Shown: positions 28,322-42,049, numbered from the stretch's first letter. The stretch is DNA of 64,000 nt from Ptychomitrium polyphyllum (GCA_973851085.1 OZ316776.1:2294001-2358000); one strand, 5' to 3'. The notes: generated by a model not told the origin, from the letters alone. A program made the numbers and translations.

Positions 28322-31300
28322 ATGGCAGCTTCCAACACGCTTTCTACCGTGAACGGGCACGCCGTGCAGCGCCGCAGCGGTGGTGGTGGTGCATGTGGTG
28401 TGGGGCAGAGCAACGCCGTGTTGTCGTTTCAGTGCCAGGCGCAGTTGGAGCACCGCCAGGACTCCGCGCGGTTGCATAGCAACAGCAACTGCGGGGATAG
28501 TAAGCAGTGCAGGGCTGAATTTCTGAGCGCGAAAGATGCGAGTCGGCGGAAGAGGGTATGTTGTTTCTCTGCGTGTGCTTGATCCGGTTGGTGTTTGTGT
28601 CGTGTGGCCCTCGATGTGTGATGGGATCAATTTATGGGATCAATTCCGTGGTGGTCTGGGGTAGCGATGGGTTTGAGGCCTGAAAGCAGCAAATACCGAT
28701 GCGAGATGTTTCTGCTTTTAACTCGTAGAAGAAGTAGGTGAATCGGTTCGTTTTAACAGCTGGCTTTTTATGGCCTTTTGTGGTTCGAGGTGAGTAAGTG
28801 GAAGGGTTTTCTAAGTCCGTGGATCAGTGATTCTTGTTCTCATTTTTTGTTTTGGTTTCTTCACTTATCATGCAACAGATATTGGAGCGTCCTTTGATTT
28901 TTTTACTGAAACATTGGAATCCTTTTGCTGGGGGAGGTGATAGCTTCAATAAAAGTGCCGGAAAGAGTTAGGGTCTGGGTGTACATGGGTTGTACTTGCA
29001 TACTTGCACACGCATGTATTGTCGATGCAATTTTGGCATTGAACGCTGAAGTTGTTTCTGCTTTGCTGGACGCTTTCAGCTGCAATTCTATTAATTCTCC
29101 TGCCAGTTTGCTCATGGACGCGGAGATCTGAGGATATAGTGCTTTACAACATGTGTCAACATGCACCTGTTTGTATCTGATGTGTGAATATGAGGTTTTG
29201 GTAGGTAATGACATTTTGATCTATCGTATGTAACCATGTTCCTAGAGTCCTTGACCTTAATTCACAAGAGTGGGTATGCCGATAGTTTTGTTGCACTAGA
29301 ACAGCGAGTAACCTGGATTCAGATATGGATGTTGTAGCGTATTTACTGCAGATCATGGAATCCTTCGCCTTCCATATTCAAATACCTTTCTTAGCGTCTG
29401 TTTTATTATCATGAACATGCCAATCGACCGATTTGACGCTATGTCTGATTATAAGATGTTTTGCCCTCCTTTGAGGGCAGGTACTTCTGTCAGCAGTAGT
29501 GTACTTCCGCAAGTACGGAAGCATGTGAACATGGAAGTTGAATGACTGGGACAGAGGTGTTGAGATGTAGGGGTCTTGTTCAGTCCTTCGTGTTTTTCGG
29601 GCACATTATAATAATTCGTATGTGGCTGATTGTTCAGCGAGTCTTGAAAGTTCCCCTTTCAATGTTCTGGTGTATCAGGAATTTCCGTTCTTCTTGTCTT
29701 GGTCTCCCGCTGGACTCTCACGTATATCAGTTTTAAAAATTAAAAAATGCGTTACCGACGACAATTATCCTTTGCTGGTGTTCATCGTTTTGTGTGCGTT
29801 GTTAGTTATTTTTACTTCCGGTTATTCGTTGTTACTTCTTGAGTTCCGGTTGAATCCACTTTAGCTTCCAGTTGAAACGGATTTGTGATGGTAGGGTTAA
29901 TTTGTCTTGATTGGTGGAATGCTCTTTATTTTGCTGGTAGCTTCGTGCATGCTTCAGCTTGAATTGAGATTTATTGTCAAACACTGTTTTACTTCCTGGA
30001 ATAAGTATACAAGAGATTCTGTAACTTTTCTTGGAATTGAGGGGAAGGACGATTTCTGTTGGATTAAAGGTTAAGATTTCAGTCGTGTTGTTTCCCTGAA
30101 TCTACCCTTAGCCTCCCAGAGCTGATAAGATCATGTGTGGAAGTTAGTGGTCAGGACTTCCGTCAGCTTTAGTAATAGGATGAAATAATTCTGAGATAGC
30201 GGGATGGTTTGTGTTCAGGTGAACCGGTCTGCCAAGCTGAAGCAGTGTAAGCTGGATGCTCGCAGAGAGCAGTGGTTATCTCACGGTTCGCAAGGTAGAG
30301 CTTCCTTCATACATGTGTGTTTGAAAAGCTTCCCTACGCAACTTAATGAACTCAAGCTATTGCTTTGCTGTATGCTTCGTTGAGAGCCCTGGAGTTTGTT
30401 AGACAGCATTCGCACGATCCATGATTGTTTTTCCTTTTATTACCGTGTGTGCATGGGTGTACTTAGGTTTTGAGTAGTTTAGATTGCAATAGGGGGAACG
30501 CCTTTTCCATATCCTTTTTCTGTTCTACCTTTATTGACCAAAACTCGCATTATCAAGTATTGGGAGTCGATAGCTTTTCAGAATTGGGTTAGGGTAGAGG
30601 TTTACTAAGTTAAGTTTTTTCTTGTTATTTGTAAAAACGAGTACTTGCGATTTGCGCTCGAATCTTACGCTTCATTGAGTCTGGACTTAAAGTTCTTGTT
30701 TTCTTTTCCAGGCAAACAAGGAAAAGCGGAACAGCAGCAACAAAGCAATCAGCAACAGCATCGGAATTGTGAAAACCATCATAAGACAGGCGACGGCGAG
30801 TGCATGGCGCAGGAGAGAGCAGGTCCGTCAGGGAACTCTCGCAGTCAAGGTTCAGGTTCAAATGGATCTGTGTGTGAGCGGACTCCTGTAGGTTCGCCTG
30901 CCACACGTTCACGGTCATCTGGCAGTAATGAAGCCAAGAATCCTAGAAAAGAAGCTCCATCAAGAAGGCAGGATGGTTCCTCTAGGGCACCAAAGTATTT
31001 CGGGGATGGAGAGTTGCTTGGGGGAAGTGAGCACAAGCAGGACTCAGCTAATAATGGGCGTTCAAGTAGTGATATAAGCAAGTCAAGGTCGAATAGCTCT
31101 TGTGCAAGCAGCAGCTATACAGGAAGTGGTTCTGAAGACAATGACGAGTCTCACGATGCGGATGATGATTGGGAATCTGCTTTTGATGCATTGAATGTAC
31201 AGAGCTCTCCGCATCGATCTGAGGGGTCACACAAGGGTCCCAATTCTGATCGTGCTCTGCATAGTGAAGGGAAGGAGCAACATGACAAGAAGCAGAATGG

Positions 31301-31757
31301 CGGTCATCATTACCATCCGCATCATCCTGACATGCAGAGCGCCCAGTTGAAGCCCGAGTACAAATATAAGAATTCTGGTTTTGGAGGCAGACGAGGAAAT
31401 GGTGGAAGGGCTTGGCGTCCTGATGATGTATCTCGACCTCCGACGTTGCCGAGGCTTACGAAGCAGCATACTTACCCAAACCACTCGAGCAATAATAATC
31501 ATCAAGGTTGGGGAAATATGCACGGAAACATGTGGGGGAACCAACCTGCAACACCGTCGTACTGCCCTATTTGCACGGAGGAGCTTGATATGACTGACTC
31601 GTCGTATATGCCTTGCACTTGCGGCTTTCAAATGTGTCTGTTCTGCTACCACAGAATCTCGTCAGACGATGGGCGATGTCCAGGTTGCAGAAAGGCCTAC
31701 AACCCTGACTCGGCAGTCAAGCTGTCGCGGTCTTCCTCTGTTTGGCTACGAGTCTGA
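28322..31757 (+). CDS. Plant RING-finger protein with C-terminal C4C4 (NOT4-type) RING; 3 exons
   Basis: Exons 28322-28555 (alternative in-frame ATG at 28298), 30219-30294, 30712-31757. Conserved RKRVNRSAKLKQCKLDARREQWLS, DDWESAFDAL, AWRPDDVSRPPTLPRLTKQ and RING CPICTEELDMTDSSYMPCTCGFQMCLFCYHRISSDDGRCPGCRKAY. Confidence 0.9.
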
Positions 31758-32731
31758 TTATGCATCGTGGGTGCGTAATTCTCTTGTGGAACGAGAGGAG
31801 GATACTAGAATATGTTGTGTGACTACCATGGTGGTACAGGTGTGAGCATATGGGTGCAGCAAGGACAACTTATGTAGCATATCGGCTTGGCTTTTACAGC
31901 AATGTTATAAATTTGTCTGTTGAGATGGCTTCTGACAATGCCTTTTTGTACCTCTGTTTTGCTAACTAGTATTCTTCTTTTTTAGTTACCACGGTTAACA
32001 CTCGTGATTTGGAAAGGGTGCTTTTAATCTTTTGCTATCCTGAATCAAAATATTTGGGTACGGTTATTTATCGATATATTTGGTATCACCTTCATAGTGA
32101 ATAGCATGATGGGTTCAGGTGGGAATGATTCATTATTGGAATTCTGATTTTAGGATTCGTTGTCTACTGTTGAAACATGAATGGAGGTTGATACTTTTGA
32201 AGTTGACAAAGCTTGAAAAGTTTTTAGTGATTTGGATGTGTATTATCCATGATTTTTGCTGTATCCTCTAATGAACTGTCTTGAATATGGTATACTGTAA
32301 TACATTTGGTAAATTATCATCGGAGCAGTAGATTTAGAATTTCTTTCTAACCATCCCAATTTCATATCATGTGTACACTAAGGTCAAGTGTGATTTTTGT
32401 CACTGTTATTGGAGTTGAATTCTGTCTTTATTGAAATGATATTGAAGAAACACAGAAGCTTAGTTGCTACTGCGAAACTCGGGCATAAATAAACTTGTGT
32501 TTACTACATCCACAGCAGTGATGATAAACATAGGTTTATTTACTACATGGATATACACTTATGTCAACCTTGACATGATTCAGTCTATTCCCATGGCTAT
32601 ACAATAGAATTGCAGCTGTGGAATCTCCAAGACAGGCCTTCATGCTACAGAATAAGAATTAATTGTTCTCTGGTCATGTGTACAAATGTGTTGAATCATA
32701 TCAGCATGATTATACAGCAAAGCGACCTCTT

Positions 32732-34798
32732 TCAATAAATGTTACGGAGCAATACTCCTTCCATGGAAATACCAGGTCCAAAGCCCAATGCCACCGTCCA
32801 ATCTCGACCTGGAATTCTAGGCTGCTTCCTAAATTGCTCGAGCACAAACATCACACTTGCAGACCCCATATTTCCTTTTTTCTCCAACACAGACCTGCAT
32901 TGTTCAACATCAGCTCAAATATGATTATTACTCTATTTACAGAAAGATAGTGAACATAAATGTGCAAGTACCACACGACTAAGTAAGTGTTTCTCATGTG
33001 TAGACTCAGTATGTATTTGAAACTCAAGGTTTTGACCAAAAACTACCGTGTTTTAGATAATAGTGTGATAGTTGGGGCTTAAGATGTAGAGCATTGTCAA
33101 GACAATTGATCAATATCATAGTGAAAAACATATGAACAAAGAATTACAATCTTTGTAATCACATCCATCTACGACAATGAAGGAAAAGGCGTGCTTAAAA
33201 CGTTGCATGATTACCTAACTTAACACCACCCAAGCTGTCGGCTGAAGTTCCACATACCTGCTGACTTGAAGCTGGTCCGGCAAGAGCCCGCAATTCTTCT
33301 CAATGGAATCAATGATAGGCTTGCCGCCGGGATGGGCAGCCCAGTTCACGGACGAGTAATCCAACCCGTAGCCCTCCAAGAGATTCGTCACAAAGGGTCC
33401 TGTGTTAGTGCCCACAACCTTGGGAACATCCTTCTCGAGATTCGCATCCAGGCCGTGCTGCGTGACCATGACAGTGATGCACTTCTCGGTGTCGGGCACG
33501 ATCGCGGACTTGCAGCTGTGGATCTCGAAGACCGGCGTCTCAGTTGGAAGGTGAGGCTGCCCGATGACCACGGCACCCGCGCCGTCGCCGAAGATGGTCA
33601 ACGTCACGATGTTATTGAGGCGCGTGAAGGCGGGGTCGATGTTCTGGACCTGTACGGAGCTGATCTCGGTGCACACGATCAGAACGCGGTGCGATGGATC
33701 CGCGAGGGAGATTTCGGCCGCGGTACGCAGCCCGATCACGCCGGCATGGCAGCCCAGGAACGAGACGGAGTGGTGCTTGACAGTCCGGGCAAGGCCCAGG
33801 GACTTGTGCAGGCGGTAGTCGATGGTGGGCGACAGGATGCCTGTGGCGGAGTATGTGATCAGGTGCGTGATGAGGCTCCGGTCGCCGCCCCACTCGTGCA
33901 GCGCCTTCGTGGCGGCCTCCTCGGCGATGCGCATGCCCTCGTCGGCGAAAAGTGCGAAGCGGTCATCCAGGGAGGCTTCACCGAAATTGTAGATGTTGGG
34001 GTACTGGTTGTGAATTTGCTGGGCTGTCACGGCTGTGTGCTTCTCCTTGATGCCCGAGATTTTGCCTGCCATGGCATGCACATGGAAAGCAGTCAGCAGA
34101 GCTGTATTGGCATGATTAGGTCTTGCTGCTCCGTTCCTGCTAATCTCGTCATGTGGGTTCGACCATGGCTGTGAGAATTAGAAACTGATGACACGCAGGT
34201 AATGTATCTAAGATTCCAATGTGTCACTGCATTCCTCGAGTGACGCAAATGCACACAGATATTTTAAGACTCCTCTTATATTAAATGCCGACATAAAACC
34301 TAGCTGTAAGACAAGTGTCATCCTCGGACTGCATATTATTATAAAGTTTGAATATTTTATTTTACTGTGCACTCTCAACTGCAGAGATAATGGTAAAAAA
34401 TACTAGAGAAATACAATGAGAGAGGGATAATGATCATGCTTACAGATGCGCTCTATGAAGCCTGCGGCCTCGGGTGGACAGACGAAGTTGGGCATTCGAA
34501 GTATTTCTGCGAAGTCCTCCATTCTGTATACGTTGGTTGGGTTAGCAGTCCCCATGCCCAGTATTCCAGGCGGCAAGCGCTCCACCGTGGTGATTCCATA
34601 CGGGACATAGCTTGAGCGCGCTGTACCGTTTGAGGAGATGCTCGAGTTGATTTTCACCGTCGAGCCATTGCTTCCAGTCTCGGAGCCTGCTATCATTTTC
34701 GAGTCCGATAAACCTTTGCCATTGCTGTGCAACACCAAGTCATTCAAGGTCGTCTTAGAGACCTCAGAGGCCTCCACCGAGTCTGATGCAGGTGCCAT
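32732..34798 (-). CDS. ORS: Type III polyketide synthase, ORS-like (2'-oxoalkylresorcinol synthase); 3 exons
   Basis: Exons 34798-34444, 34065-33258, 32894-32732. The last exon ([53 protein letters not shown]) is missing from the ORF track. Triad Cys (FLGCHAG), His (AHPGG), Asn (GNMG); GMGTANP, FGDGAGA, GFGPG; first intron splits the Cys codon as in CHS-family genes. [21 protein letters not shown] and [13 protein letters not shown] match the Physcomitrium ORS as I recall it. Confidence 0.92.
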
Positions 34799-37700
34799 CG
34801 TGTAAGAAGGAATGATTCAACAGAAAACAATCTCTGCTTGCGGTTGCTTTCCTTGATACAAAGTATGGCTCTGAGGTGAGCTTCAGAAAACTCAGGATCC
34901 TCACCACCTAGTAGAAGATGATGGCGGTCTCAGAATGAAATACAACGATTCAGGCTTTACAGGAGCCTGGAAACTGGGCATGTTATGTCTTGTAGCGGAG
35001 ATGTCATAGTACCAGACCTGAGCTCTGCCTGGGGGCTGCAGGTGGGTTTAAATACGTGTACCCCCACCTGTGAGTCTCAATGGTGTAGGTTCTGATCGCT
35101 CCACCTGGTCATGCAGTCATTAAGAACTGTAATGGCTGTCTTACAAACGACGAACAGCAAGAAAGACTAACAAATGGTCCGAGAGCAGCAGCTTACAACA
35201 CAACTCTTGAGTACAGCCAGCTATAGTCTGCATGCAGGAGCTGATTTCTGTAGTACGTGAGTTAACCGCCTTGGCCCCTTTTTTCTTCTGATAAAATCAA
35301 TCATATCATAACTGTAATATGCAGTTCAGTCATCGTCCGTCAGAGTTCCAGACTCCTGGGCTTTGCCGCTTTGTCCTAAGACATGTCTCACGGGAGTCAC
35401 GGTTTCACTGCTACTACTTGAGAGTAAAGAGATTTAGATGAACTGAATGATGACTATGATTTGGCGATAGTATGTAACTTAAAGTGATGTTTGATCATTT
35501 GAATAGACTCTACGTGACTGCTATTATTGCCAGCCCATTAAGCTGATGGTTTTACCGTTTCTATGTATTTGTAACAAATGAAGTTGTACAGTAAAGGATA
35601 CGACGATCACCAAACATCACATGTGACGTGTAATAAATCGCGCACTGACAGAGTACTTCGCTTGAATTGAAGTGCACATCATGATGCATTTCAATTCAGA
35701 TTCCGTATAGCGTACCCTGGGAAGCTGTCAAGTTAATTTAATATGAATGTGCAGCTGGATGATGACCAGCTGCAAAACAAGGCCCTATATGTGGAGTTGG
35801 AATTGAGTGCAAGTCTACCTGTGTCACCTACAAGTTCGAGTTTGGATCCATACGACAAACTTGATTCTAAAAGAAGCTAGGTGTTTTCAATTTCTGTTAT
35901 GTCCTGATTGCGTGCCGCATGCCTGGAGTCTGATCGGTGTCCACTTTCGCCTGCGCCAACCTGCTCTTTACAATTTGATTTTTCAAACTATTGATCAAGT
36001 CAGTGACTTTTGCAGGAAGTTCCTTCATAATTGATAATCGTAAATCCGACGATCAAGTGTTACCAGGTTCCAAGAATCCTTCAATTTTCATGTTCGCCTA
36101 TCGTTACTATTTCTTACTGCTGACACCAAGACTTGGCGCACCGGCTGGTTGTTTGTCGTGCCTGCAAAGGTGTTTCGGCAGGATTCCATTGCCATTGCGG
36201 ACGTGGAGTATAGCGTCGTCGTGTTTACCACCATAATAGTCCTAATTATGTGAACCTTGGGGTTGATCTTGGTAAGTTTCACCCAGGTTTCCATAACGAG
36301 TACTCCAAAAGTCCCAAAATTCTATGGTGGCTGAGTAGGAGCTAACCAAGTAGAAAAGGCTGGATTGGAGCTTCCCTGACTTTCTTCCTATAAACCTGTA
36401 GCTTGAGGGTTAGAAAATACTGAAGGTGGGCCTCATTCACGATACCACCATGGAAATACTATTGTATTCCTAGGTTTCTACAGAACTTGTACTTGCACCT
36501 TTAAATGCAGGATCAAAGCTCTGACCTCACATGAATAAGTTTGGTTGTTGGTCTGTAATAAGTTAAGCTTAGTTGATTACCTACGTAAATATGTTGGTGT
36601 GACATGAAAGTAATTCCAGATGTTGCAGGCGCTATTACCTCACACCATTCAAATACAGTAGTTCAGCCTTGGATACTAGTTCCGAGGACAACAACGTCAA
36701 TTAGACTGCGTTGTGCCAAGTTGGTGCTCTGCACTGGATGAGAAGTTAATGCAGAATGGCTGCATGTTAACCCTTCAGGCCCCATGATGCCTGAGTCAGG
36801 CCGGAGGGGAAAAATTAAAACATCCAGGTACAGTTCCTAATTGCATAATGACATAATCGGGGCCTTGCTCACAACAGGACACATTGCAGGATACAGCAGA
36901 TTCGATAGTAACTGTGGCAGTTTCTTAGAGGTTGGTAATTTCATTTCCTCGCGTAGGGCCCTGCATCAAAAAAGCTTCGAAGTTAGGAGCCCAATTTCCT
37001 GCAACCTATGTACTGCAAGCTCATCTAATGACGTACTTTATAGTGACCAGGTATCGCAACACCAGTTCTCCACCAACAGCCTATTGTTGTACGAATACGT
37101 CTGTACATACAGTACAATACTATCAAACCTTTGAGAACAGCGCAATACTCACTATCCTCCAGGCTCCTACCCACCTAATCTCTATAAGCTACAGGTGTTC
37201 AGGTGCACTATTGTTGTTACACCCCCTGTGGTGTGCTGCGTACTAGAATCGTCGAGAACCAAAAACTTGGGGAACGCCGTACTTCATAGCATACTTTATA
37301 ATGACATAACGTAATTTATATCATTTTGATGCTAATGAATAGTGATTTATATTTTCTTACAATATAGTATATGATTGTTGTTATCTGAAAAATTACTCTA
37401 TTCTGCTCAAGTTTTTATTTTGAGAAAGCATGCAAGTCACACAGATTTCTAATTGCCTTATTGAAGTAAAATCTTTGATTTGGACAGTTTGTAATTACAC
37501 TGTATTAGAGTTTTTTGCTTGTAAATCTGGAAACTTTATAATCAAAGAGGGGATACAGCTTATACTGCTTATGCAATGTAATAACAAAGTAAAGCATGCA
37601 ATGCATCAATCTCAATAAATTGAAAGTGTGATATTCTTTGTTAAATGGAATAAAGTGTTAGTTAAAAATACTAAAGAAGTTATAATGTAGAAGGGTAATT

Positions 37701-39919
37701 TTATTTTAGTCAATATTTTGGGAAGGTTAAAAAAGAAATTAGTTTAGATTTATCTTCTAAGAATCCAAATGTCAAATAGTTGCTAATTTTAGCATGCATA
37801 AAAAGAAATTATTAAATATATAACATCATAACTTTTGTAAGCTTTCAAGTGAAATAACACATTCTTTAGTAATTATTGCATCAAATCATCATAAAATATG
37901 ACAAAATCAAAATAAAGAACACAATTTCACAAAAGTATGTAATTAAAAGAATCCTTCTTACAACTTTGATAAATAATTTAATAATTCCAAATTATACTAA
38001 AAATAAAAACTAGTTGATATTTTTTGAAATGCCAAGTCAAAATGCATTGTTTTTTTTTTTGCTAATATTTTAGTAAAATTTAGATAAAAATAGAACTTTA
38101 AAATTACCAATTAGATGTTTTGGATCCATTTGATTATCATAGCTAACAAAAATATGGTTTGCCATTTAAAAGTAAGATATATAAATCCAAGTGGAATTTA
38201 TAATTTGAATGAGTTTGAAACTCTTTAGTATATTATTATTAAGAGACTTGAAACTTGGCTATTTACTTTAGAAGTACAATAATCTAATAAAGCCAATGCC
38301 TTCAATCTATTCAAATTTTAGATTCTTAAAAGATCTTGTGCCATCTTTCAAAGTTATGCACTAATGCATTGAACGTTAACTTTTATTTTCAATACTTTTA
38401 TTTTTTATTATTTAGTATTTTCAACATCAAAGAATTTATTCTTCTTCATGATGTAGGCTTACCTAATATATTAGATAAAAGTTGAATTTAAATATTAAAA
38501 ATTAGATCCAAATAATATATTTCATTTGGATTCAATATTTTTGATAATAAAAAATTATCATTTAAATGTTAGAGTAGAAAGTACTTTAAGATGAGCATAT
38601 ATTTTTTGTAGAATAAATCCAAGCCCTTATTGTGTGGTAGATAGAACCTTTAACCTCCACTTATAGGCCATTTACACCAATTTACTTTTAAAGTATTCAT
38701 TATCAAACTACAACTTCTTCATCTATTACTTGAAAATATTGCAATTACCATAAAGGTGCCAAATAAACATTAATTTTATCTTAGTTAGATCATATTTTTG
38801 GCTTAAATTTATTAGAATTTTAAATAAAAGAAATAAAAAAAGATTTTTTTATTTTATATTATGCACTAAGAATTAACATCATTGATTGTTATAAAAGATG
38901 GTTACATAGGAAGTGAATGTAACGTAATGTAAGATTTGATAGATTGAAGTGTCACAATTCTATAAAGTCTATGCTAAAGATTAGTATCAAAAAATAAATC
39001 TTGGCAAATAATGGAAGGATGTTAATGCATGTATATATCATTTTATATCATATATTTGATATATCATAGTATTAAGGAGGTGTGTGGTGGTGGATATAAT
39101 TAAGTACTTGAAATCCATTATCCATGCACCAAAGCTTAAAATCAATATTGATTTTTCTTAATAAAATAGAATTAAATATTGCGGTGAATTAAAAAAAACA
39201 TACTTGTGGTTCTTTGTAAGATTTTTAAATAGCAAGGTAGACTTTATATTTGTATTTGTATCAATCAAACATAAGAAACAAGTACAAATAAGGTTAGGGT
39301 AGTGTTTAGTTACTCATATTAAAAGAACATTATAAATGTCACTATTGTGACCTTTGGATTCCATTTATGTATAATAAATAAATAAATAAATAAAGTCTAT
39401 GACTAAGAAAATATAGAAGATAAAGTCAACTTTCACTTCTAATAAGCCGCATTTGAATCTAAGTCTTCCAAAAATATTATTGAACAAAATTTTTATGAAG
39501 TTTAGAAAATAAAGCCAAAGATATTATTCTTCCAATAAGAGTTTAGAGTACTATTACTAATATGATAAATGAACTTCTTTAAAATTTCTCTAACTAAGAA
39601 TATATAGTGAAATGAAGCATCTTACCTCCTTCAAGAAATATTTTGTGACTTGAAGCCTCCAATCAAACATCATATGCAAAATCCATGATATAGATAGGAA
39701 TCCTTTCTTTTCATATTCCATGTGCATTGTTTGAGCTCTTCCGCTTCACAATCCCACCTACTAGTAGAAAATTCATGACTTTGAAAAAACTATCAAGAAA
39801 ATATGAAGCATATACAACTATGGCAGCGACCTTCTAAAGACACGCCTTGATGTTTTCTCAGTATACATAAATAAAAAACTCCTTAATATCTAACTAGTTT
39901 CACACACAAAGTCACAAAG

Positions 39920-41393
39920 TGGGTAAATTTTGGAGATGTTGAAATATTTGTTAGGCCCCGGGTTGCCCATCCTGGCGAAAGAGTAGTAGAGTACAGCATG
40001 TTGTGTATGACTCTGGAGCTATGAATGTTCCACCAGCATGGGCCTGGCACCGTCCACTCCAGCGTTGAATGGCCCAGACTTTGGACCTCAAGGATCATGC
40101 AGGTGAGACCCTTGAGTCCACCCAGAGAGAGCTTGCAGGAGAGTCCAGAAGACTTAAAGTGTTCCCAGCTTGCGGTCTGCCGGGTGGTCTGCAAGGGGAA
40201 GCTGCAGTGTTACTCAGAGAAGGTACTGGTGTTGTGCAGACAGAGACTCAGCAAGATTGCAGAACAACATACAAAGACGCTGGCTCCACCACGACGTAAT
40301 ATTGTAAGTCATGGCTCGATCACGATCTAGTGTTAATGTAACTGGCTCGGTCACCTACTAGAAGTTCTCATGGCCATTGCCGAGCATTGAACACGGGACA
40401 CTAGGAGCGCAGAGCAGGCATGCAACCCTCCCGTCGAGAGTACTAATACTGCTGCATCCGTACTACAATACAGTCGCTACATGCGATGATCAGAACGTTA
40501 AGAATTCAACATGCAGGTGACGTCGACACAATGATCCTGATCTTAGACTGTTGATTAAGGGCTTTACTGAACTTGTTTCCATCCGTCACTACCAAGACTT
40601 TGTTTGCTGGTCCTTCTTAAGTTAATGTGATGGCTATATTTGACACTGACCGGTATGCTGTAGAAATGATTTACACTTCAATTGTTAGGGTGGAGGCCTA
40701 CCCGTCGGTTGTTAACAACGACTGTTGATGAAGGCATATTCCACATCAAGAGAAGCGATTAGAAGACCTTGGGGATTTGAGGATGTAGAACCGTTGGGAA
40801 TGTTGAATACAGTGTTTCCAATATATTCTCAATTCTTAAAGGCTAGTTAGCACGATGTTTTACCGGTATGTGCTTTCTGATGAACTTATTGAGGTTTCGA
40901 ATGTGCTCTTAGAAAGTTAATCATGAGGAAAACAATTCCCTTTACGGGGTTTTCTCACCATATTTCTTAGAATATAGAACTATATATTTGAGTATGTCGT
41001 CCTGCTAAGTTGGTGCGAATCAAATATAAAACCTTTGCCTTCATTCTTATTTGAACCACATCATTCTAAAAATTTGATCCTCTGTGTTAATTATTCACTT
41101 TCTTTCTTTTGTCTCAATTCGAGTCTGAGGATTAGTCAACTGAAGAATTGGCACATGTAGGTAAAAATCCTTCTGAGGCTGCAGCAAGGAGAAGATTGTG
41201 CACCATCCCAATACTCGAGAGTGGAAAAATATTTTTTCAGATTTGTATCGTGGACAAACGGAAGGTCGACGGAGGATGGGTATTTGACATTCTTATCAAT
41301 AAGGATGATATTTACAATCAGTGTAAGCAACCCCCTTTCTTTGTACCATATGAAACTCGTAATCTGGATCAATACCATACGACTGTCGCCTGA
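39920..41393 (+). pseudogene. Putative decayed multi-exon gene of unknown family
   Basis: Exon-like blocks, mostly with AG/GT borders, carrying in-frame stops: about 39920-40101 (VNFGDVEIFVRPRVAHPGERVVEYSMLCMTLEL*MFHQHGPG...IMQ|gt), about 40139-40221, about 40688-40865 (GGGLPVGC*QRLLMKAYSTSREAIRRPWGFEDVEPLG...) and about 41136-41393 (STEELAHV...GGWVFDILINKDDIY...VA*). No family recognised. Confidence 0.35.
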
Positions 41394-42049
41394 CAGGACA
41401 CCCACCAAATGGTACACACAGTGTAACTGAATGAAACGAGAAGTGTTCACATCTTTAAATGGTTAACGTCTCAGGCGTCACGATCTAGCCATGGGTAGGT
41501 CAAATCTTTCGTTGCAGTCACGAATTGACGTCACTCAGTATCCATACTTCAGTTGTAAAGTCAACACCAATTTACATTTAGAAAGCAGCTTCGTCTCAAT
41601 TGCAGCTTCCGTCAAATTCGAGCCTGTCGACATCAGATGCATCTCGAAGCTATGTGGATGCCTTTTGTCTTGATAAGTTAGTTTAGTAAATTTCTAAAGC
41701 AGTTGAAATACTAGTGTCAGTTGACATCTTTGAGACTTTCGTCGAGATTCAGAAATCTAAAGTATTAATACAGCCTTTCAGTTCATGTCATGCAACGTTG
41801 TACATCAGATCTTGAACGTGACCTTCCACGTTTTTCTCGTGACTTTCTAAAATCAAGACTTCAATTAACCCAGCGTTCTGGACTGTTGACACAGCGCAGT
41901 AGCAACGTCAAATGAGAGTACCTTCGATATCAGATTGAAGTCTGTGAACCATAACCGCTGCAGAAGTGGAATCATGGTGAAGAACTGCAGAAATAACGAG
42001 GTGACGCAGGATAGACAAACAGGGGTTTTCAGTATGAGCTTCCCAGTGT

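Noticed and set aside
27956..28630. 224-aa minus-strand ORF and other ORFs in the GC island
   Set aside because: Low-complexity frames expected in GC-rich promoter DNA, antisense to RING exon 1.
33266..34174. 302-aa plus-strand ORF
   Set aside because: Antisense shadow of the GC-rich PKS exon 2; no independent motifs.
36010..36280. Exon-like hydrophobic frame ending in GTAAGT
   Set aside because: Contains an in-frame stop, has no partner exons I can link, and no family is recognisable.
38560..38700. Minus-strand VEVKGSIYHTI resembling a Helitron Rep motif
   Set aside because: Too short and degenerate; no other Rep or helicase motifs or termini found.
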